Shown: piece after piece, positions 50,623 through 60,597 of the stretch
Layout: every line of letters starts with the position of its first letter
Position numbering within the stretch: position 1 is the first letter of the stretch
Assembly (NCBI GenBank): GCA_003551645.1
Contig: PUND01000112.1
Coordinates: forward strand, 10,713 to 74,712
Length of the DNA stretch: 64,000 nucleotides
Source of the DNA: Phycisphaerae bacterium
Lineage (GTDB): Bacteria; Planctomycetota; Phycisphaerae; SM23-33
Reading direction: 5' to 3'
Position numbers and translations under genes: made by a program
The notes under the pieces: generated by a model
Told to the model about the DNA's origin: nothing
The model's database searches: none
What the model saw: only the letters and a program-made list of their open reading frames with translations

Positions 50623-53162
50623 CTGGCGGCTCCCGTGACCACGACGCCCCAGCCGGTGCGGGGCAGATACACCCGCGAGCCGTACAGCACCATCGCCGCC
50701 GATGGTTCACCCAGCCAGCTCACGTCCATCCATTCGGTCGGCTCGCCCTCATCACCGAGGCCCCAGGCCATCAGTTGCTCCGGGCCGTGATAGAGCACCG
50801 TGCCCCGTGTGACCAGAGGTGTGGTGGCCTGCTTTGCGCCGTCTATGCGGTGCAGCACTGAGCCGTCGTCACGGTCCAGTACGATGAGTTGCCCGTCTTC
50901 GTTGACATAGAGCAGCTCGTTGGCGGTCGCGGCGAAGTCCGCCGATGCCGGTCCGCCGGCGAGTCGCCAGCCGTCCAAGGCCCGGCCGTCCGCCAGTGAC
51001 AGCGCCTCAAGCCCCTCGGATGTGGGCACGTGCACCTTGTCTCTGTCCGCGAGTATCTGTCCGACGGGCGTGCCGGCGAGCCGGCTTCGCCACAACCGCT
51101 TTCCGGTGGACCTGTCCAGTACGCTCATGTGTCCGTCAGTGTCGGCCAGGATAACCATCGCCCGGTGGCTGGTGGGCGCAGCGGCCAGGGTGCCCGTCTC
51201 CTGACGCCAGAGGACCTCGCCCTCGGCGTCCACCATCGCCAGCTCATCTACCGCATCCTGTATCAGGACCTGGTCACGAGTTAACGAGAAAAGTCCTGTG
51301 GCGTCCGCGGCAACGGGCAGGTCCCACAGCAGCCGGCCCCCTTCGGAGTCCAGGCAGTGCAGCCGACGGTCATCGTCGCCTTCGCGGCCGTCCACCAGCA
51401 GCGCCTCGTCGCCGCGAGCGGCGGGGCTTACATGCAGGCCGTTCGGTGTCTCGTAAACCCATTCCGGCTCAGGCGCCTCATCCGGCGCGCCGTCCAGCGG
51501 CAGGGCGGCCAGCCCGTCCGTTCCGCCGGCAAGGGGCAGCAGGAGTCGTCCCTGAATCGCCGCGGGTGTCGCCGAGACCCGAGTGCCATCGTCGCCACCC
51601 ATCTGCTCCGGCGGGAAGTTCCACAGGAAGTCGCCCACATCCGGCAGGGGCGAGCCGTCTATGTTGCCCGCCTTGCCGGCGCCGCCCAGCGGGCCGGACC
51701 ACAGCGGGACGTCGTGTTCATCTCCGGGTTGGCCGATGCTCAAAAGCCCGTCATGCTGTGTTCCCACATAAACCTGCCCACGGGCAACGGCCGGGGAGCT
51801 TATGAACAGCGGCTGCGTACCCAGCGTCACCTGCGTAACCGGCCTGCCGTCGGCGCGGTCCAGTATGTAAAGCGTGCCGTTCTCGGCAACGACATATACG
51901 TGGGTGTCGGTAACGGCGGGGGAGGTCAGTATCGGGGCCTGTGTATTCCACTTCCACAGCAACTCGCCGTCGTGTCCGAGGCAGTAGATGTGTCCGTCCC
52001 GGCTGCCGAAGTACAAGGCATCGTCTGTCAGCGCCGGAGAGCCGAGGATCGTATCGCCGACCTTATATTCCCAGTCAACCTCCAGGGTTTCCAGGTCCAC
52101 CCGGACCATTTGACCGACCGGGCGTTGGCCCAGCGACTCGGCGGTGGCAACGTAATCGCCCACGCCCATGCCGACGTAAAGCTTTCCATCATCGATCGCC
52201 GGAGGGCTGAACAACGGATAGGGGAAGTCCAGCCGCTCGATTTCTTCTCCGGTTTCGGCGTCGAGCACAGCGAGGGCCTCGCCGTCGTTACCCAGTCCGA
52301 GATACACCCGCCCGTCGTAAGCGATGAGCGACGTCTCGGCGTCGATGTATTCCTCACCGGGACCGTGCCAGAGGAGCTTCGGCCCGCCCTCGCCGTCGCC
52401 TTCTAGGGCGAAGGCGTATATTCCGTCGCAGCCGGCGCCGACGAAGACTTTGTCGTCCATCACCACCGGAGTGCATTCGACGTGGCATTTGGTGCGGTAT
52501 TCCCAGACCACCTCGCCGGTCCGCCTGTCCAGGCATATCAGCCGCGAGTTGATATGGTAGTGAAGTCCCTCGCCCACCAGCAGATAGTCGTCCGTTACCA
52601 CCGGTGATGAGAAAGCCGGCGAATAGCCGGACGGCCTCGATTCCCAGACGACCGCCCCGGTGTCGGCGTCCAGGGCGTAGATGCGCCCGCTTCCGCCGCG
52701 TGCGGTCATGCCCAGCTTGGCGCTGGAGATATACACGCGGTTACCGACTACGGCGGGGCTTGCGAAAAAGGCCTCGTCGTCGCCGTGGAACTCCCAGTTG
52801 ATTTCGCCGGTGGTCGGGCCCGGCCCGTCGCCGACAACGCCGGTGCGGAGCAGGTTGCCGCGAAAAACCGGCCAGTCCCTGCCGGCTTCCTCCGCCTCGG
52901 CGGCCGGACTGCCCGCCGGCCAGAGCGCCGAGGCCGCCCATCCGATGCCCATTACCGCCGCGACAATGATGGCCAGGGGTATTTTAAGCCGCCAGGCCAG
53001 AAGGAATATCTGCTTGAGGACCCGCGGCTTGAACAAGCTTACAAGCGTCGCTCCGATCGCCACCAGGATCGCCGGCAGGAGCGTCAGCAGGACTTGTATC
53101 GGTCCGATAAGTACCGGTACGACGGCGGTTGTGTTTACAGGGGGGATGTTCATCGACATCAT
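50619..53162 (-). CDS. membrane-anchored PQQ-like beta-propeller repeat protein
   Basis: N-terminal TM helices are followed by many 'G.VVW...LY.GS.DG.LYALD..TGE..W' PQQ-type blades, forming at least two propellers. 847 aa. The stop overlaps the next gene's start by 4 nt. Confidence 0.7.
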   Translation of the reverse strand: MMSMNIPPVNTTAVVPVLIGPIQVLLTLLPAILVAIGATLVSLFKPRVLKQIFLLAWRLKIPLAIIVAAVMGIGWAASALWPAGSPAAEAEEAGRDWPVFRGNLLRTGVVGDGPGPTTGEINWEFHGDDEAFFASPAVVGNRVYISSAKLGMTARGGSGRIYALDADTGAVVWESRPSGYSPAFSSPVVTDDYLLVGEGLHYHINSRLICLDRRTGEVVWEYRTKCHVECTPVVMDDKVFVGAGCDGIYAFALEGDGEGGPKLLWHGPGEEYIDAETSLIAYDGRVYLGLGNDGEALAVLDAETGEEIERLDFPYPLFSPPAIDDGKLYVGMGVGDYVATAESLGQRPVGQMVRVDLETLEVDWEYKVGDTILGSPALTDDALYFGSRDGHIYCLGHDGELLWKWNTQAPILTSPAVTDTHVYVVAENGTLYILDRADGRPVTQVTLGTQPLFISSPAVARGQVYVGTQHDGLLSIGQPGDEHDVPLWSGPLGGAGKAGNIDGSPLPDVGDFLWNFPPEQMGGDDGTRVSATPAAIQGRLLLPLAGGTDGLAALPLDGAPDEAPEPEWVYETPNGLHVSPAARGDEALLVDGREGDDDRRLHCLDSEGGRLLWDLPVAADATGLFSLTRDQVLIQDAVDELAMVDAEGEVLWRQETGTLAAAPTSHRAMVILADTDGHMSVLDRSTGKRLWRSRLAGTPVGQILADRDKVHVPTSEGLEALSLADGRALDGWRLAGGPASADFAATANELLYVNEDGQLIVLDRDDGSVLHRIDGAKQATTPLVTRGTVLYHGPEQLMAWGLGDEGEPTEWMDVSWLGEPSAAMVLYGSRVYLPRTGWGVVVTGAAR

Positions 53163-53238
53163 CTCGCAGCCAGCCGCGTCTGGGATAGACCAACGGCCGG
53201 CATCGGCTTGTAACTAGAGCTATAGTCCGGCGGGACGC

Positions 53239-55146
53239 TTATTCTCGCACCTCGCCGGCCGGGAGTTCAAGTCGAACCGGGCTGATGACCACCTCTCGGT
53301 CTGTCTGCTCGTCACCACCCGGCAGCCGCCAGGTCAGGTCCAGCGGGCCGCGGCTGGTCTTGCCGAACAGCACCGGTTGGCCGGGCAGCAGCAGTCGGGC
53401 GCCCAGCGGTCGCCGGCCGTCAACGGCGCTGATTGTCGCCGGTCCGCGGACGTCGGCCGATGCGGTCACCGTTAGTCCGAGCGTTGCGCCGGCGTCTTCG
53501 CGGCGAAGCAGCAGCAGTTTGTTCTCGGTCGTGGCGACGGCCATGTCAGGTCCGCCGTTTCCGGTGAAGTCACCGAAGGTTCCTGAAGTCTGACCGTACT
53601 CCAGCTCATCCAGTGCATCGTAATCAACGTAGTCCAGCGAGTCTTCGAGGTCCAGGGCGTATCCAAAACACCGGAACCCGCGGTTGAAGTACACGTGGGG
53701 TCGAGCCCGCGGATACAGAAGCGTCATATCCAGCCGGCCGTTATTGTTGATGTCGGCCAGGTCCGCCGACGAGATTCCGGGTCTGGGGATGTAAGTAAGC
53801 TCGCCCGTCTCGTCGGTCCGGTTGCGGAAGGTTCCGCCCTCGTTTGTCAGCAGGACAACGCCGTCCCGGCCGGCAAGCAGCACGTCGAGCTTCCCGTTCT
53901 GATCGAAGTCGCCGGCGACCGCCGCGGTAAGCTCCTCCCAGCGGCCTTCGGCTACCTTCTCCGGCTCGGCGTAGGTGCCGTCGGCCTTGCCCCGATACAG
54001 CAGGGCGGTCGAGGGCGTCGGCTGGAAGACATCCGGCAGGCCGTCTCCGTCGAAATCGGCGACTATGCACGGCCCGGCCCGTTCGCCGGCGGGGGACTGT
54101 TCGGCTATCGGGGTCACTTCCAACTGGCCGTCAACCAGCAAGGCCCTTACCGGAATGCCTTCCCGGCCGGCTATGATGGCCGTCGGACTGTCCGGCCCGG
54201 CGTATGCCGGCGACAAGCTCGTTACCGGAGCGTCGATCTCGGCCGATGCGCCGCCGGCGAACGTGCCGTCGGCTTGCTGGAGCAGTATGGTCAGCTTACC
54301 GCTTTGGGTGTTCCAGGAGGCAAGGTCTATTCGGCCGCTGCCGTCGAAGTCGCCGGTGGTCAGCAGGTCGCTCTTGCTGCTGAGGCCCGTTTCGTCCGTG
54401 GCGCAGCGGAGAGAGCCGTCGGCGGGTCGATAGAGCCGGTCGCCCGCGGGTGAGGCGACAATCAGCGAGTTTGTCCCGTCGCCGGCGAGGTCAACGGCCA
54501 GCATCGCCGCGGCCGGTCCGGGCAGATCGTCGATTATCTCGATGTCTTCCCAGGTAACTTCCGCCAGGACCGGTATATCCGCACGCGGGTCGGAGGCGAT
54601 GTATCGCAGGCATTCCTCGAGCATAACCGTGCTGCCGGCCCAAACGGTCTGGAGATCCAGCGGATCGGTCATGCCCTGCGCGTCGGGACGGATTTCGTAC
54701 TGGCCTTGGTTCTCGCGATACAGCGCGAACCAGGTGGTTCCGATGTGCAGCATGGCGGTGGGGCTTTGGGCCGCTTGGCCGCCGATGGCGGCGCCGGAGA
54801 AGTCGCCCCAGAGCACTATGGCCCGCGCCGGCGGCTGGTCGCCTATGGCACTGCGTATCGAATCAACCACCTGCTGATCGTCCGTATCGACGCGGATTCG
54901 CAGATCGTCCGGAGCATCGCCTTTTAACTCCGATATATCGGCCAGTGCCAGCCGTCCCTGCTCACCCGGAGGCGAGACATTGGCGAATATCGCCGCCTCG
55001 GCGCGGTGGTACAGGTCCACCGGCGTGAAGTCCACGTTTATCAGCGCGGGCGCCTCCGCCGCCGACAGCATAAGCACAGCCACAGCCAGTACCACCGAGC
55101 GCCGAAGGCCCGGCCTTGTGTTGAGTAAATCCAGTACTGTCTTCAT
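53239..55146 (-). CDS. secreted FG-GAP / VCBS repeat protein
   Basis: Signal peptide. Repeated 'GDFDGDGLPDV', 'GDFDQNGKLDVLLAG', 'DINNNGRLDM' and 'GDFTGNGGPDMAV' match FG-GAP Ca-binding repeats. Confidence 0.7.
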   Translation of the reverse strand: MKTVLDLLNTRPGLRRSVVLAVAVLMLSAAEAPALINVDFTPVDLYHRAEAAIFANVSPPGEQGRLALADISELKGDAPDDLRIRVDTDDQQVVDSIRSAIGDQPPARAIVLWGDFSGAAIGGQAAQSPTAMLHIGTTWFALYRENQGQYEIRPDAQGMTDPLDLQTVWAGSTVMLEECLRYIASDPRADIPVLAEVTWEDIEIIDDLPGPAAAMLAVDLAGDGTNSLIVASPAGDRLYRPADGSLRCATDETGLSSKSDLLTTGDFDGSGRIDLASWNTQSGKLTILLQQADGTFAGGASAEIDAPVTSLSPAYAGPDSPTAIIAGREGIPVRALLVDGQLEVTPIAEQSPAGERAGPCIVADFDGDGLPDVFQPTPSTALLYRGKADGTYAEPEKVAEGRWEELTAAVAGDFDQNGKLDVLLAGRDGVVLLTNEGGTFRNRTDETGELTYIPRPGISSADLADINNNGRLDMTLLYPRARPHVYFNRGFRCFGYALDLEDSLDYVDYDALDELEYGQTSGTFGDFTGNGGPDMAVATTENKLLLLRREDAGATLGLTVTASADVRGPATISAVDGRRPLGARLLLPGQPVLFGKTSRGPLDLTWRLPGGDEQTDREVVISPVRLELPAGEVRE

Positions 55147-55452
55147 CGTTCGATAATCCCTTTTCGAGCAGGAAGGAAATCACAGCAGGCCGGATAACTG
55201 AACGGCCCGCATCCACCACAGTAGTGTAACACATAAGCAGGCCCGGACGGTCGGAGAAGTTACCGGTCCGCGACACGCCCTGCAGGCCATGTCTGAGACA
55301 TCATACTGCTACGAGGTTCAGGCACAATACTAGCGGCGATATCGGACGATTGGCTATTGCACCTTCCCCGGCGGCGCACAAGCGGTTTGCGGGGCTTGAG
55401 TTTCTGTGTTTCTGTCTTGACGCCACCGTTACGCGGCGGTAAGGTCTTTTTG

Positions 55453-55567
55453 GCATCGAGAGTGCGCGAGGGTCTTGGCCCTGCGACCGCACGGCAACCT
55501 GTCCTGTTGATCCCTCGCCGGGTTCGCGGGATAAGGTGCCACATCCAGTCCTTGACCGGAGAGATGC
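55453..55567 (+). promoter_or_regulatory. SAM-I (S-box) riboswitch in the metX-metW leader
   Basis: GCATCgAGAGtgcgcGAGGGtcttGGCCCtgcGAccgcaCGGCAACCtg...ATAAGGTGCCAcATCCAGtcc...GGAGAGATGC matches the SAM-I core: AGAG, GAGGGA, GGCCC, GGCAACC, AAGGTGC and ATCCAGC. P1 is closed by GCATC/GATGC. It is followed by a GCGGCCCGGCCGC hairpin. Confidence 0.75.
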
Positions 55568-55761
55568 GGCCCGGCCGCTAGTTCGAGTGCGGATCGGGCA
55601 AACATCCCGCCTCCCGGCGAGACCTGGACGAAGCTTATCCACTCGCGGCCGGCCCGACTTTGTGCGACAAACAGAAACAGAGCAAGCGAGAGGATGACAA
55701 TGCCATTCCTCTGCGTCCCTGTGTCGCATAGCCGTTAGTCCGAACCGAAGAAGGCAAGTGC

Positions 55762-57567
55762 ATGAGCGACGAGTTTTTCAACAGCAGTGACAGCGTTCGC
55801 ACATCCGCGCCGTTGAAGCACGCCCGGCAGGTGCGCTTCGAGGGTCCTGTGCGCCTCCGGGAGGGCGGTGAGCTTCCTGAGATCGACGTAACATACGAGA
55901 CCTACGGCGAGCTTAACTCGAAGGAAGACAACGCGATACTGATATGCCACGCCATCAGTGGCGACTCGCACTGCGCCGCCCACGACCCGGATGACGATCC
56001 CGGCTGGTGGGAGGTGGCCGTCGGGCCGGGTAAGCCCATCGACACCGACCGGTACTTTGTCATCTGCCCAAACATCCTTGGCGGGTGCCGGGGTACGACG
56101 GGACCAAACAGCATCAATCCGGAGACCGGCCGGCCCTACGGGGCGGATTTTCCGACTATAACCATTGACGATATCGTGGAAGTCCACCGGATGCTGATGG
56201 ACCACCTGGGTATCGAGAAGCTGCTGGCGGTGGTCGGCGGCTCCATGGGCGGGCATCAGGTACTTTCCTGGGCCATTCGATATCCGGACCGTGCAGTCGG
56301 GGCGATCCCACTGGCGACCTCGCCGAGGGTGACCAGTCAGGCGCTGGCCTTCGATATCGTCGGGCGAAACGCGATCCTCGAAGACCCCAACTTCCACGGC
56401 GGGCAGTATTACGCGGCGTCTTCAGGCCCGACGACCGGCCTGGCGATCGCCAGGATGATAGGGCACATCACCTACCTGTCCCGCGAGGCGATGGCCAGAA
56501 ATTTCGAGGCCGACCGCTATCAGCCCCGCAGTGGTTCGACCGACTTCGAGAGCCGGTTTTCCATCGGCACGTACCTCGGCTATCAGGGCGAAAAATTCGT
56601 CGAGCGGTTCGACGCCAATAGCTACATCACATTGACCAAGGCGATGGATTTGTTCGACCTGGGAACGACCCGACAGGCGGTGGCCGAGCGGCTCTCGGCG
56701 TCTCAGGCGCGGTGGTTGATTATGAGCTTCAGCAGCGACTGGCTGTTCCCTCCGGAGCAGTCGGAGCAGCTTGTTGATGCCCTGCTGGCGACGGACAAGC
56801 GGGTTACCTACAGCGAAGTGGAAAGCTCCTGCGGGCACGATGCGTTCCTGCTGCCGGACGACCTTGACCGTTACGGCGAGCTGATGAAGGCGTTTCTGGC
56901 GAACCTCAACGGCAAGAAGACCGCCGAACCGCAAGAAGAGGTGGGCCGCCCCCACGCCAGCCCTACAAGCATATTCCACACGCAGCGGCTGGACTACGAC
57001 CATATCCTGGAGCTTATCCCTCCGGCGACAAGCGTACTGGATCTCGGTTGCGGCGGGGGCGAACTGCTGTCGCTGCTGAAGCGGCGGGGGAACAGTCCGC
57101 TGGTGGGTGTGGAGCTGGACGAACGCGCCATCATCACCTGCGCGCGTCGTGGGCTGGACGTTCTCCGGTCCGACCTGAACACCGGTCTGGACAGGTTCTC
57201 AAACAGTCAGTTCGACTTCGTGGTGCTCTCGCACACGCTGCAGGCGGTCCGGGACGTGGAGAGAATCGTCGAAGATATGCTGAGGGTCGGCAGGCGCTGC
57301 ATCGTCAGCTTCCCAAACTTCGGATACCGCAGGCACCGGGAGATGCTCGGTCGCGACGGCCGGGCGCCCGAGAGCGGGCTGTTGCACTACAAGTGGTACA
57401 ACTCCCCGAATATCCGCTTTTTCAGCATTGTGGACTTCGACGAGTTCTGCGCCGAACGCGAGATAGAGGTGCACCAGCGCATTGCGCTGGACACCCAGGC
57501 CGGCGCCGAGGTGCGGGAGGACGAGAACCTGAATGCTGACATGGCCATCTTCGTGCTCAGCCGGTGA
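55762..57567 (+). CDS. metXW: homoserine O-acetyltransferase fused to MetW (MetX-MetW fusion)
   Basis: The N-terminal ~390 aa are MetX: 'LICHAISGDSHCA...', 'VVGGSMGGHQVL' around the nucleophile Ser, and 'SSDWLFPP'. The C-terminal ~200 aa are collinear with MetW: 'VLDLGCGGGELL', 'LQAVRDVERIVEDMLRVGRRCIVSFPNFGYRRHRE', 'WYNSPNIRFFSIVDF'. A single uninterrupted 601-aa frame. Confidence 0.85.
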   Translation: MSDEFFNSSDSVRTSAPLKHARQVRFEGPVRLREGGELPEIDVTYETYGELNSKEDNAILICHAISGDSHCAAHDPDDDPGWWEVAVGPGKPIDTDRYFVICPNILGGCRGTTGPNSINPETGRPYGADFPTITIDDIVEVHRMLMDHLGIEKLLAVVGGSMGGHQVLSWAIRYPDRAVGAIPLATSPRVTSQALAFDIVGRNAILEDPNFHGGQYYAASSGPTTGLAIARMIGHITYLSREAMARNFEADRYQPRSGSTDFESRFSIGTYLGYQGEKFVERFDANSYITLTKAMDLFDLGTTRQAVAERLSASQARWLIMSFSSDWLFPPEQSEQLVDALLATDKRVTYSEVESSCGHDAFLLPDDLDRYGELMKAFLANLNGKKTAEPQEEVGRPHASPTSIFHTQRLDYDHILELIPPATSVLDLGCGGGELLSLLKRRGNSPLVGVELDERAIITCARRGLDVLRSDLNTGLDRFSNSQFDFVVLSHTLQAVRDVERIVEDMLRVGRRCIVSFPNFGYRRHREMLGRDGRAPESGLLHYKWYNSPNIRFFSIVDFDEFCAEREIEVHQRIALDTQAGAEVREDENLNADMAIFVLSR

Positions 57568-57791
57568 CAAATGTCGGTTTGGACCCTGGCAGGGGCCCAG
57601 GGGATGCACGGGATGTTTTCGGGCGGATTGAGCGACTCGCTGTTCGACACAGAGTCGCGGCCAAACCCGGAAATCCCTGGTCGATCGCGTGCGGGTCGGG
57701 CATACCCTCGACGCGATGCCGTCGGCATTGGCCCGGGATCACAATCGTGTGTTCGCGGCTCAATCCGCAATACCGAATCCACGATCCGCAA

Positions 57792-59267
57792 TTACTTTCC
57801 CGTCGGCCACGGCTCGCCCATCAGTTCGGACATATGTTCGGGCACTTCGGACGCCCGCATAAGCTCCGGAAGCGTCCCCGCGGTGGACATGATGAACGTG
57901 ACGCTGTTGAGCCGGCGCAAGCTGCCGTGTGTTGAGGCGATGTCCACGGCCGCGGCCATGAAGTCCGAGCCGGAGAACTTGTCCGCCGCCAGCGAGATAA
58001 TCACATCCGGCGGGTTCTGAACCAGGCCGAAGTGCGCCCTCCACAGACGCTCCAGCGCAGCGGGATAGTAGTGGTCAACCGTCTCTTTCAGCAACAGGTC
58101 GACGTCGTGGAAGCCGTCGTCCGTTTCCATCTGTTCGAGCAGCTCGTTCAGCTTGAGCGGATCGCCGCTGACCGGCTCGTATCGATATCGCTTGTCACTG
58201 CGATGAACCATTGCCCGCTGTCCGTCCGGCGCGAGGACCACAACGTGATCATCCTCAGGAAAACTCGCCAGCGTTACGCCGTCGGCCTCGATAAGGTCGG
58301 AAGCGAGCTTTTCCGACCGTTGCGTGTAGAAGCCGGCGTAGGTCTCCAGTCCGAACCGGATATAGGCGACGTCGCGCGGCTCCCTGAGCCGGTCTGTTAT
58401 GCGCCAGCCCCGGTCGGTCAGGAAATCGTCCAGCGATATCTGCGTCGCGGGGGTGTAGCTGTGCCCGTGGTCGGCCAGCAGGGTTACCTTGGTCATCCCG
58501 CGCGTTTCGCAGAGTATTTGGTTGACCAGCCGCTCGACAGCTTCCAGACACTCGCGATGCCCGTCGGCGCCCAGCCGGGTGCCCATGCCGGCGGATGTGG
58601 CGAAGTAAGAGATGACCTCCCGCGACTCGCGAGCGTCAAAGACCTCCTTCAGGTCGTTCATCTCCTTGCGGAACATCCGCCTGGGATACACGTATCCGAT
58701 AGGGTCCCACAGCACCCGCATCCGGTACTGGAGCATGCGGTTATACGTCTTGCCCCCGCCGGTGAGATAATCCCAGGCGCCGCCGACTACCTTGCCTGCG
58801 GAGCGGTCGTAGTATCTGGCCTCGAACCCTTCGGCCGGCTCGGCGCCCAGCAGGTCGGACATGCATATGTCGGTCATCGTCGGATATGGAACGACCACGC
58901 GCGAGGGAGGGTGGAACATCCGCAGCCCGCCGGATTCGTAGAAGTCCCGGATGACGTCGTAGCTGACGCCGTCGAGGATGATCACCAGGTGCCTGCTGCC
59001 GGAAATCGGAATTGCGTCGAGGTCCACTTTCACGTTGGGCACTCCGTCGGCTGTGGTGTCGTAGCCGATGTGACGGATTCTGCCTTCGGCGTCGGCGAAG
59101 GTGAAAAAGTCGGCCGCTCCGTCCCGGCTGCTGTCAAAGGCCGCAACGGCGCCCGCCTCGTCGGCCCCAGGCGTAAGCGAAGTCGGCGCAAGGCCAACCG
59201 GCCCACGGCAGCCGGCGAAAAACGACAAGGCCGTCAGAACAGCAACCACGCATAGTTTCCAAAACAT
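57792..59267 (-). CDS. lipoprotein of the alkaline-phosphatase superfamily (type I phosphodiesterase/nucleotide pyrophosphatase-like)
   Basis: Lipobox 'LSFFAGC'. 'HLVIILDGVSYD', 'PYPTMTDICMSDLLG' and 'VTLLADHGHS' resemble NPP/AlkP metal-site motifs. Confidence 0.5.
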   Translation of the reverse strand: MFWKLCVVAVLTALSFFAGCRGPVGLAPTSLTPGADEAGAVAAFDSSRDGAADFFTFADAEGRIRHIGYDTTADGVPNVKVDLDAIPISGSRHLVIILDGVSYDVIRDFYESGGLRMFHPPSRVVVPYPTMTDICMSDLLGAEPAEGFEARYYDRSAGKVVGGAWDYLTGGGKTYNRMLQYRMRVLWDPIGYVYPRRMFRKEMNDLKEVFDARESREVISYFATSAGMGTRLGADGHRECLEAVERLVNQILCETRGMTKVTLLADHGHSYTPATQISLDDFLTDRGWRITDRLREPRDVAYIRFGLETYAGFYTQRSEKLASDLIEADGVTLASFPEDDHVVVLAPDGQRAMVHRSDKRYRYEPVSGDPLKLNELLEQMETDDGFHDVDLLLKETVDHYYPAALERLWRAHFGLVQNPPDVIISLAADKFSGSDFMAAAVDIASTHGSLRRLNSVTFIMSTAGTLPELMRASEVPEHMSELMGEPWPTGK

Positions 59268-59349
59268 CGCTTCACACTCCCTTCGAGGTACCGGCGATCC
59301 GGTAAATTATCGCTTTTCATCATAGCCCCCGGCCAGTATTTCTATCGTC

Positions 59350-60597
59350 ATGCGTGGTTTGACTTATCTTGTAAATCCAGCCGCCTGGGCGGCGTGCAAG
59401 CTCCTGAGCGTATTCTGGCCGGGCTGTCGGCTCGGTCGGCTGGGCGGACTTTCCGTGCGCGAGATGCCGGACCCGGAGCTGCCCGGCGACGACTGGGTCA
59501 CGGTTCGGACGCTGCTCGGCGGTATCTGCGGCACCGATATCGCCCTGGTTATGCAGAAGCAGCCGCCGGACTCCATCCTGCAGGCGTTCAGCTCGTTTCC
59601 CGGCGTGCTCGGCCACGAGAACGTCGCGATAGTCGAGTCGGTCGGGCCGGCCGTGGATGAGGCGTGGGTCGGCCGCCGGGTCTGCGTGGAGCCGACGCTT
59701 TGCTGCGAGGTTCGGGGCATCGACCCGCCCTGTGGCCGCTGCGCGGCGGGCGAGTTCGGCGCGTGCGAGAACTTCGGAGCGGCCGGGCAGGGCAGGTACG
59801 CACTCCCGGCCGGGACCAGCATCGGCTACAACAGCCGCACCGGCGGGTCGCTGGGCGAGCGTTTCGTCGCCCACGCAAGCCAACTGGTCCCGGTTCCGGA
59901 GGATATGTCGGACGAATCGGCGGTGCTGACCGATCTGATGGCGTGCAGCTTGCACTCGGTTCTGAGGTCGGACCTCTCGTCGGCCGAGAAGGTGCTTGTT
60001 TACGGCGCCGGCGTGCTGGGTCTGGGGGTAATCGCCTCGTTGCGTGCGCTGGGCTTTGCGGGGCGAATAGACGCCCTGGACCGCTCCGAGCGGATCGGTG
60101 AGCTTGCCCGGCGGCTTGGCGCAGATACTTTCGTCCAACTGCCTTCGGACACCGCAGGCAGATTCGAACGCATAGCCGAACTGACCGACGCGACGGTTCA
60201 GCGGGTGCGGTTCGGCAATCGCATGATGTCCGGCGGCTACGACGTGGTTTTCGAGTGCGTCGGCGCCCCACAGTCCATTGAGGAATCGCTCAAGTGGACC
60301 CGCGCCCGCGGGCAGGTGGTGATGGTCGCCACCGCCGCCAGGGAGCGGCTGGACCTGACGCCGATATGGTTCCGCGAGCTTACGGTCCTCGGGGCCTACG
60401 GCCGACAGATGGAATCGCACGACGGACGCCGCATCGGAACCTACCAACTGGTGCACGAGCTGATGTCTGCGGGCAAGCTGCCGGTCGAGTGGCTTTTGAC
60501 GCACACATTCCGGCTGGATGAGTTCCGCCGCGCAATGAAGGTGGCCACGAACAAGGGCAGATACGAGGCGCTTAAGGTAGCCATAGACTTTCGGTAG
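59350..60597 (+). CDS. zinc-dependent medium-chain alcohol dehydrogenase family protein
   Basis: 'GICGTDIAL', 'GHENVAIV', the structural Zn cluster 'CCEVRGIDPPCGRCAAGEFGAC' and the 'VYGAGVLGLG' Rossmann motif. Confidence 0.75.
   Translation: MRGLTYLVNPAAWAACKLLSVFWPGCRLGRLGGLSVREMPDPELPGDDWVTVRTLLGGICGTDIALVMQKQPPDSILQAFSSFPGVLGHENVAIVESVGPAVDEAWVGRRVCVEPTLCCEVRGIDPPCGRCAAGEFGACENFGAAGQGRYALPAGTSIGYNSRTGGSLGERFVAHASQLVPVPEDMSDESAVLTDLMACSLHSVLRSDLSSAEKVLVYGAGVLGLGVIASLRALGFAGRIDALDRSERIGELARRLGADTFVQLPSDTAGRFERIAELTDATVQRVRFGNRMMSGGYDVVFECVGAPQSIEESLKWTRARGQVVMVATAARERLDLTPIWFRELTVLGAYGRQMESHDGRRIGTYQLVHELMSAGKLPVEWLLTHTFRLDEFRRAMKVATNKGRYEALKVAIDFR

Noticed and set aside
49228-50790. 520-aa plus-strand ORF
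   Set aside because: It is antisense to the PEP-synthase-like gene and the start of the PQQ gene, so it is a GC artefact.
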